Position numbers and translations under genes: made by a program. This document shows positions 52,345 to 57,017 of a DNA stretch of 57,017 bases, one piece after another (position 1 is the first letter of the stretch; every line of letters starts with the position of its first letter). Origin of the DNA: Candidatus Dormiibacterota bacterium (GTDB lineage: Bacteria > Chloroflexota > Dormibacteria > CF-121); NCBI GenBank assembly GCA_036269255.1, contig DATASI010000182.1:1-57017 (forward strand), written 5' to 3'. The notes under the pieces were generated by a model. The model saw only the letters and a program-made list of their open reading frames with translations. It was not told the origin of the DNA and ran no database searches.

Positions 52345-54713
52345 GCGCCGTCATTCGCAAGAGCCTTGCCGACCTCCGGCGCCGCAAGGTACAGACCGCC
52401 GTCATTGCCTTCGTGCTCTTTCTCTCAAGCCTCGCCGGCATCCTGGCGCTGACGCTCCTGGTCGAGTCCGACGCGCCGTTCGACCACGCCTTCGCGCAGG
52501 CGCAGGGCGCTCATCTGACGATGAGCTTTGCGGGATCGGCCGTCACCCAAGCCAAGGTTCGCGCCACCGGCTCGACGGCGGGCGTCAGCGCGTACGCCGG
52601 GCCGTGGGCGGTTTTTCCCTGGGCCGTCGACATGGGCGGAGGCCGGATCGAGCTTCATCCGCTCGCCGGTCGCGACGGCCCGGGCGGCTCCGTCGACCGT
52701 CTGACGATGATTGCCGGCCGTTGGTCGCAGAAGACCAACGAGGTCGTGATTTCGCGGCAGCTGGCTGATGATTCCGGGCTCAACATCGGGGACACGGTTG
52801 CGGCAAGCAGTGACAACCCGTTGCCCCCCATGACCGTGGTCGGGATCGCCGCTGGCGTCGGTGATGACCTGGCTGCCTGGATCCTCCCCGCAGGCATTCC
52901 GACGGCCGCCACAGACAAACTGCCGCTGATGTACCAGATGGCTTATCGGCTCACGCACGCCGCCACGGTAAACGAGGTCACGACCGTGGCGAACGCCATC
53001 ACGGCTTCGCTTCCGCAGGGCGCCGTCATGGACAGCAGCAACTACCTGGACCTCAAACTCAACGCGGATCGGACGACCGCCGTGATGATTCCGTTCCTGC
53101 TCGCCTTCAGCGGCTTCGCCATGCTCGCATCGACACTCATCATCGGCAACCTCGTGAGCGGAGCCGTCATCGCGGGGACGCGCGATATCGGGGTGATGAA
53201 GTCAGTTGGCTTCACCCCAGCGCAAGTTGTTGCCGTTTTTGCCGGCCAGATGCTGATCCCGGCGCTGGTTGGCTGTTTCGTCGGTGTGCCGGTCGCGATT
53301 CTCGCCAGCCAACCGTTTCTCGCCGATACCGCGCACGCCTTCAACCTGCCGCAGACCTTCGGCGTCGCGCCAATTCCGGATGCCCTGGCCGTCGCAGCGA
53401 TTCTCGGGGTCGTCGTGGCGACGGCGGTGCTGGCATCTTTGCGTGGGGGGCGGATGTCGGCGGCATCGGCGATCGCAAGCGGGAGCGCGCCCACGTCCGG
53501 GCGTGGTTATCGTGTTGCGAGACTGGCCGCGGCGATCCATCTGCCTCGGCCACTGACACTTGGCGCCGCCGAGGCCTTCGCCAGGCCAGTGCGATCGGCA
53601 ATGACCATGTTGGCGATTGTGATCGGGGTCGCCACCATCAGCTTCAGTCTCGGGTTGACCCGATCGCTTTCGGACGTCAAGGCGGGTATCACACGCGATC
53701 AACAGGTCCAGGTCACGCTCTATCACCAGGGCTGGCCCGCCAAAGGAGCGACAACGGCCACGGCCCAGCCTGCATCACCAGGACCAACGACAACCAGCGA
53801 GTTGAGTGACCAACAGGTGTCGACCCTGATTGCGGCGCAACCTGGAACCACGCGCTTCACGGCCGAGCGGCAGGACGATGTCACGATCGCCGGAGTCGCG
53901 CATCCGGTGCCCATCACGGCCTACCGAGGAGACTCCTCATGGCTCGGCTACGCCATCATCAGCGGCCGCTGGTTCAACGGCGTCGGCGAGGCGGTCGCCC
54001 CGACCGCCTTCTTCACGACCACGGGCCACCACATCGGTGATCATCTCAGCGTCAGCCTGAATGGGCAGAACATTCGACTAGTCCTGGTCGGTGAAATCTT
54101 CGATACCCAGGGCGATGGCATGCTGCTCCGGACGAGCCTCGCCACGTTGCCGGGCAATCGTCAGCCAGACCTTTATGAGATCGCCGTAAAACCCGGCACG
54201 GACATCGATCGCTACGCCGCGGCTTTGGCCGATCCGACCCATGGACTGGATGCGCGGACGAACCGTGAAAACGGGACGGACACGGCCTTCCTCCTGATCA
54301 CTGGCACGCTCGCAGGGCTGGCGTTGATCCTCACGCTGATCGCGCTCGCCGGTGTCTTCAACACCGTGATTTTGAATACCCGAGAGAAGGCTCGCGAAAT
54401 CGCCATTGTGAAAGCGGTGGGAATGACGCCCGCACAGGTGGTGGTGATGGTGCTGACCTCGGTAGCGGTGCTGGGGGTGATCGCGGCAGTCGTCGGCATC
54501 CCGGCCGGGATGCTGCTGCATCGCTACATCCTGACCGTCATGGGTCAGATCGCGTCGGCCACGAATGTCCCGAACCAGTACTTCAACGTCTACGATCCCA
54601 TTGCCTTGATCGGGTTGGCGGCCGCCGCGGTGCTCATTGCCATGGTGGGCGCGATGATTCCGGCGCAATGGGCCGGGCGGTCGGGCGTGACAGAGGTGCT
54701 GCAAACGGAATAG
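52341..54713 (+). CDS. ABC transporter permease with two FtsX domains (MacB-type, 790 aa)
   Basis: Duplicated FtsX cores (GVMKSVGFTPAQVVAVF and IAIVKAVGMTPAQVVVMV), each preceded by a large extracytoplasmic segment. ATGA overlap with the ATPase gene. Confidence 0.85.
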   Translation: MSAVIRKSLADLRRRKVQTAVIAFVLFLSSLAGILALTLLVESDAPFDHAFAQAQGAHLTMSFAGSAVTQAKVRATGSTAGVSAYAGPWAVFPWAVDMGGGRIELHPLAGRDGPGGSVDRLTMIAGRWSQKTNEVVISRQLADDSGLNIGDTVAASSDNPLPPMTVVGIAAGVGDDLAAWILPAGIPTAATDKLPLMYQMAYRLTHAATVNEVTTVANAITASLPQGAVMDSSNYLDLKLNADRTTAVMIPFLLAFSGFAMLASTLIIGNLVSGAVIAGTRDIGVMKSVGFTPAQVVAVFAGQMLIPALVGCFVGVPVAILASQPFLADTAHAFNLPQTFGVAPIPDALAVAAILGVVVATAVLASLRGGRMSAASAIASGSAPTSGRGYRVARLAAAIHLPRPLTLGAAEAFARPVRSAMTMLAIVIGVATISFSLGLTRSLSDVKAGITRDQQVQVTLYHQGWPAKGATTATAQPASPGPTTTSELSDQQVSTLIAAQPGTTRFTAERQDDVTIAGVAHPVPITAYRGDSSWLGYAIISGRWFNGVGEAVAPTAFFTTTGHHIGDHLSVSLNGQNIRLVLVGEIFDTQGDGMLLRTSLATLPGNRQPDLYEIAVKPGTDIDRYAAALADPTHGLDARTNRENGTDTAFLLITGTLAGLALILTLIALAGVFNTVILNTREKAREIAIVKAVGMTPAQVVVMVLTSVAVLGVIAAVVGIPAGMLLHRYILTVMGQIASATNVPNQYFNVYDPIALIGLAAAAVLIAMVGAMIPAQWAGRSGVTEVLQTE

Positions 54714-54715
54714 CG

Positions 54716-54751
54716 GCGATGGGGTGGGGTGGGGAATTCCCCACCCATCGC
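54716..54751. terminator. GC-rich hairpin between convergent genes (bidirectional terminator candidate)
   Basis: The GGGGTGGG(G) / CCCCACCC arms flank AATT, giving a core stem of 8 bp extendable with a bulge to GCGAT/ATCGC. No U-tract on either strand. Confidence 0.4.
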
Positions 54752-56182
54752 TCAGGGAAGTTGGACCAGGTGCCAGTGCGCGCCGCCGTCGGTCGTTCGC
54801 AACAGGATGTTGGTGTTGTCGGGCCCGGTGATCGCCTCGGCCCAGCCGTGCTGTGCGTCGGTAAAGCTCAGTTGAAGAATGGTCGGCGCGCTCTTGTCGT
54901 AAAAGACCTGCCAGTTCTTGCCACCATCGGTGGTCCTGGCCACGCCGGGAGCGGCCTGCGCGACCGGTTCGCCGGCCGACCGCTGGTTGGTCGTCGTGAA
55001 CCACCAGTGCTTTGGGTCGAGGTAGAAGTTTTGCCACTCATTTCCGGTTGGCTCCAGTCCGTTCGCTCGCAGCGGTTGCGGATCGCTCCAGCTGGAACCG
55101 GAGTTCGAACTCGAATAAAGGTAGTGGTGGTCAATCGAGAAGGTGTTGATGTCCGTCCGCAGTCCGAAGAAGACCGGGAGCAAAGCCTGACCGTTGCCCA
55201 GCAGGATCGGGTACCCCAGGACGGCTTTCTCGCCGGTCATTGCCGCCGGGACCTGAACCGTGACGTCGTGCCAGGTCCTTCCGCCGTCGGTCGTCTCCAA
55301 CAGCCCGCCGGAACCGCCGGTTCCCTCGAGACCGGTGGCCAGCCAGCCACGATTGGCGTCGGCGAATTCGAAGTTGGTCTCACCAACCCCCGAGGTATGA
55401 CCCCAGATCCCGCCTGAGAGCGCCATGCCGGTGAGCTGAGGGAGGTCAGCGACTTTCGTCCAGGTCGCGCCGGCGTCATTGGTCCGGAATAGGGTTGCGG
55501 CGTTCACGGGTTGTCCGACTCGATCCAGTTGGGTCAACACCCAGCCATCGGCACCGTTGAAGTAGACGTCGGCGAACATCCCGAACACCTGATCGGGATG
55601 CTGCGCCCAGTGCGCGCCGCCATCGCTCGTCGAGGAGAAGCTGTAGATCCGGCTCGGGGCAATGGTGCAGCTCTTCGCGGTTGGCCCGCAGGGCATCGTG
55701 TCCTGGAAGGCCCAGATGACGCCGATCCGCCCGTTGTCGCTCCAGCTCATGCCTTCGTAGATGCCGTCGAAGTGCAGCCGATCCTGCCAGCTGAGACCCC
55801 CGTCTGAGGTTTGATACAGGGCGTTCTGCGTCGGCTGTGAAAGGCGCGTCGGGCTGCCGGAATCGATGCCACGCACGACGATCCAGTTCCCGCCCCCCTG
55901 GGTTCCAATCGAAAGTGCGGTCGTGCGCTGCACCGGCCCGGGTCCCTGCGCGGGTTGCGGATGGGCGCGGAGGTACGCGACGCTCCCGGCGAGCCCGATG
56001 CCGACGACGGCCACCGCGGCGGCGGCGAGCAGCTGCCCGGGTAGCGTCAGCGCCGGAGCGTGCGCGGGCTCCTCCTGAACCGCGCGCAGGATCCGGTTTT
56101 CGAGAGCAGCGATCTGCTGGTTGCGGTCATGCTCTTCGAGGTACCGAGATAAGCGAGCTTCGAGCGGGTCTTTGTCAATCAT
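54752..56182 (-). CDS. Single-pass membrane protein with an extracytoplasmic BNR/Asp-box beta-propeller; probable anti-sigma factor or sensor partner of the ECF sigma
   Basis: A 40-aa cytoplasmic N-terminus and one TM helix (LLAAAAVAVVGIGLAGSVAYL). Seven S/T-x-D-x-G-x-(T/S)-W boxes (SDGGLSW, SDGGAHW, NDAGATW, TDGGRTW, SNSGSSW, TDGGKNW, TDGGAHW). 8-nt overlap with the sigma gene. Confidence 0.75.
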   Translation of the reverse strand: MIDKDPLEARLSRYLEEHDRNQQIAALENRILRAVQEEPAHAPALTLPGQLLAAAAVAVVGIGLAGSVAYLRAHPQPAQGPGPVQRTTALSIGTQGGGNWIVVRGIDSGSPTRLSQPTQNALYQTSDGGLSWQDRLHFDGIYEGMSWSDNGRIGVIWAFQDTMPCGPTAKSCTIAPSRIYSFSSTSDGGAHWAQHPDQVFGMFADVYFNGADGWVLTQLDRVGQPVNAATLFRTNDAGATWTKVADLPQLTGMALSGGIWGHTSGVGETNFEFADANRGWLATGLEGTGGSGGLLETTDGGRTWHDVTVQVPAAMTGEKAVLGYPILLGNGQALLPVFFGLRTDINTFSIDHHYLYSSSNSGSSWSDPQPLRANGLEPTGNEWQNFYLDPKHWWFTTTNQRSAGEPVAQAAPGVARTTDGGKNWQVFYDKSAPTILQLSFTDAQHGWAEAITGPDNTNILLRTTDGGAHWHLVQLP

Positions 56183-56660
56183 GGGTTAGCTCCTGTCGCA
56201 GGGATGTCAAGGCGCGAGCGAGGTGAGAGCGGGCGGTGCCAGGCCGGCAACCCATCAAGCGGGCGCACTCGTCAAGGGAGTAGCCGTCTCGATAGTGCAG
56301 CCGGATCACCGCCCGCTGATGCCGGGACAATCGCCGAAAGGCACGATCCAGATCGGGGTCGGCAGTGGCCAGGTCGCGGGGGTCGCGATCCTGCTCGGTC
56401 ACGGGCAGCAGGCCGAACCGCCGGCGTTTGGCGCGAAGGCAGCGGCGAACGCAGATTTGCTTAAGCCAGGCCCCGCGGCGATCGGGATCCCGGAGCGACG
56501 TCCACGATCGCCAGGCAAGCATCATCGTGTCCTGCACCGCGTCTTCCGCTTCCTGTTGGTCACCGAGGATCGACCGCGCCAGACCCAACAGCCGCCGGCT
56601 GTGCGACCGGACCGCCTCATCGAACGCCGTATGGTCGTCGACGGCCGCCCCCGAGACCAT
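56175..56660 (-). CDS. ECF-type RNA polymerase sigma-70 family factor
   Basis: Region 2 (EAEDAVQDTMMLAWRSW) and region 4 (LSRHQRAVIRLHYRDGYSLDECARLMGCRPGTARSHLARA). The start is uncertain (56660 or 56666). Confidence 0.85.
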   Translation of the reverse strand: MVSGAAVDDHTAFDEAVRSHSRRLLGLARSILGDQQEAEDAVQDTMMLAWRSWTSLRDPDRRGAWLKQICVRRCLRAKRRRFGLLPVTEQDRDPRDLATADPDLDRAFRRLSRHQRAVIRLHYRDGYSLDECARLMGCRPGTARSHLARALTSLRQELTHD

Positions 56661-56718
56661 GGCCACATACAGTAGAGGCCTCGCGTCTCCAATTGGTTTA
56701 CGCTGCTTTGGGCGAGGT

Positions 56719-57017
56719 ATGGGGGAAAAGTTCGTCTCGCGTGGCTTTTTCGGCAAACGCCGTCACCCGGAAGAGGCAGGCCGCCTTCCGCCGGGCCAGT
56801 ATCAGGTCGACGACTGGCCGGTGCTGTCAGCAGGAGCGACGCCGCGGATCAAGCCAGAGCAGTGGAGCTTCACCATCGAAGGGCTGGTCGGCCAGCCGAA
56901 ACGCTGGACCTGGGATGAGTTTCTCGCGCTGCCGTCCAAAACCTACACGGTTGACATCAGCTGCGTCACGAAGTGGACGAAGCTCGACATGACCTGGCAG
57001 GGCGTCAGTGTCGACAC
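56719..57017 (+). CDS. Molybdopterin-dependent oxidoreductase (sulfite oxidase / YedY-MsrP-like fold), 5' part, runs off the window
   Basis: My own translation from ATG 56719 gives MGEKFVSRGFFGKRRHPEEAGRLPPGQYQVDDWPVLSAGATPRIKPEQWSFTIEGLVGQPKRWTWDEFLALPSKTYTVDISCVTKWTKLDMTWQGVSVD. The W.F.I.G.V..P...T..EL and CVT.WS-type motifs are typical of the Oxidored_molyb domain. It is absent from the ORF track because no stop is reached. Confidence 0.7.
   Translation, partial: MGEKFVSRGFFGKRRHPEEAGRLPPGQYQVDDWPVLSAGATPRIKPEQWSFTIEGLVGQPKRWTWDEFLALPSKTYTVDISCVTKWTKLDMTWQGVSVD

Noticed and set aside
54721-54735. GGGGTGGGGTGGGG run as a possible G-quadruplex.
   Set aside because: There are only three G4 tracts. 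The run is fully explained as one arm of the inter-genic hairpin pairing with CCCCACCC.
1-57017. Search for CRISPR arrays, tandem or interspersed repeats, IS elements, integrases, tRNA/rRNA genes and prophage remnants.
   Set aside because: I saw no repeated spacer-repeat pattern, no terminal inverted repeats flanking a transposase-like ORF and no cloverleaf-capable gap. The window looks like core or accessory chromosome without mobile DNA. This is a by-eye scan only, so short dispersed repeats could have been missed.

Overview
GC-rich (about two-thirds G+C by eye) chromosomal segment with strong GGAGG-type Shine-Dalgarno sites and many ATGA/TGATG start-stop overlaps. The gene content looks like a soil Actinomycetota- or Chloroflexota-like bacterium. 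I call about 58 protein-coding genes that tile almost the whole window. I found no rRNA, tRNA, CRISPR array, transposase, integrase or phage gene, and no intergenic gap exceeds about 280 nt. Content is dominated by redox and oxidative-stress functions (DoxX, YceI, two OsmC, DyP peroxidase, F420/LLM oxidoreductase, aldo-keto reductase, a NOX-like ferric reductase with FMN-binding protein and ApbE, two flavoprotein reductases, a Moco oxidoreductase), by transport (Liv-type ABC, MacB/FtsX ABC, three MFS/DMT, FUSC, MarC) and by signalling. Main observations: (1) a six-gene, translationally coupled minus-strand operon (39405-49023) encoding debranching enzyme, MFS exporter, stand-alone cyclic-nucleotide-binding protein, FAD/NAD(P) flavoprotein, nucleotidyl cyclase-STAND NTPase-TPR protein and a CxxxxC disulfide reductase. 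It pairs a second-messenger writer and reader with redox enzymes and matches no described system I know. (2) A 1192-aa cytoplasmic protein (10901-14479) fusing a class III cyclase, a STAND NTPase and a complete family-5 periplasmic-type solute-binding domain. (3) A NOX-like reductase/FMN-binding/ApbE flavinylation cluster whose ApbE has no export signal. (4) An ECF sigma factor coupled to a membrane protein with a seven-Asp-box beta-propeller. (5) A stand-alone type III polyketide synthase next to an orphan Ku carrying an odd insertion. All function calls come from by-eye motif recognition, and no database search was possible.
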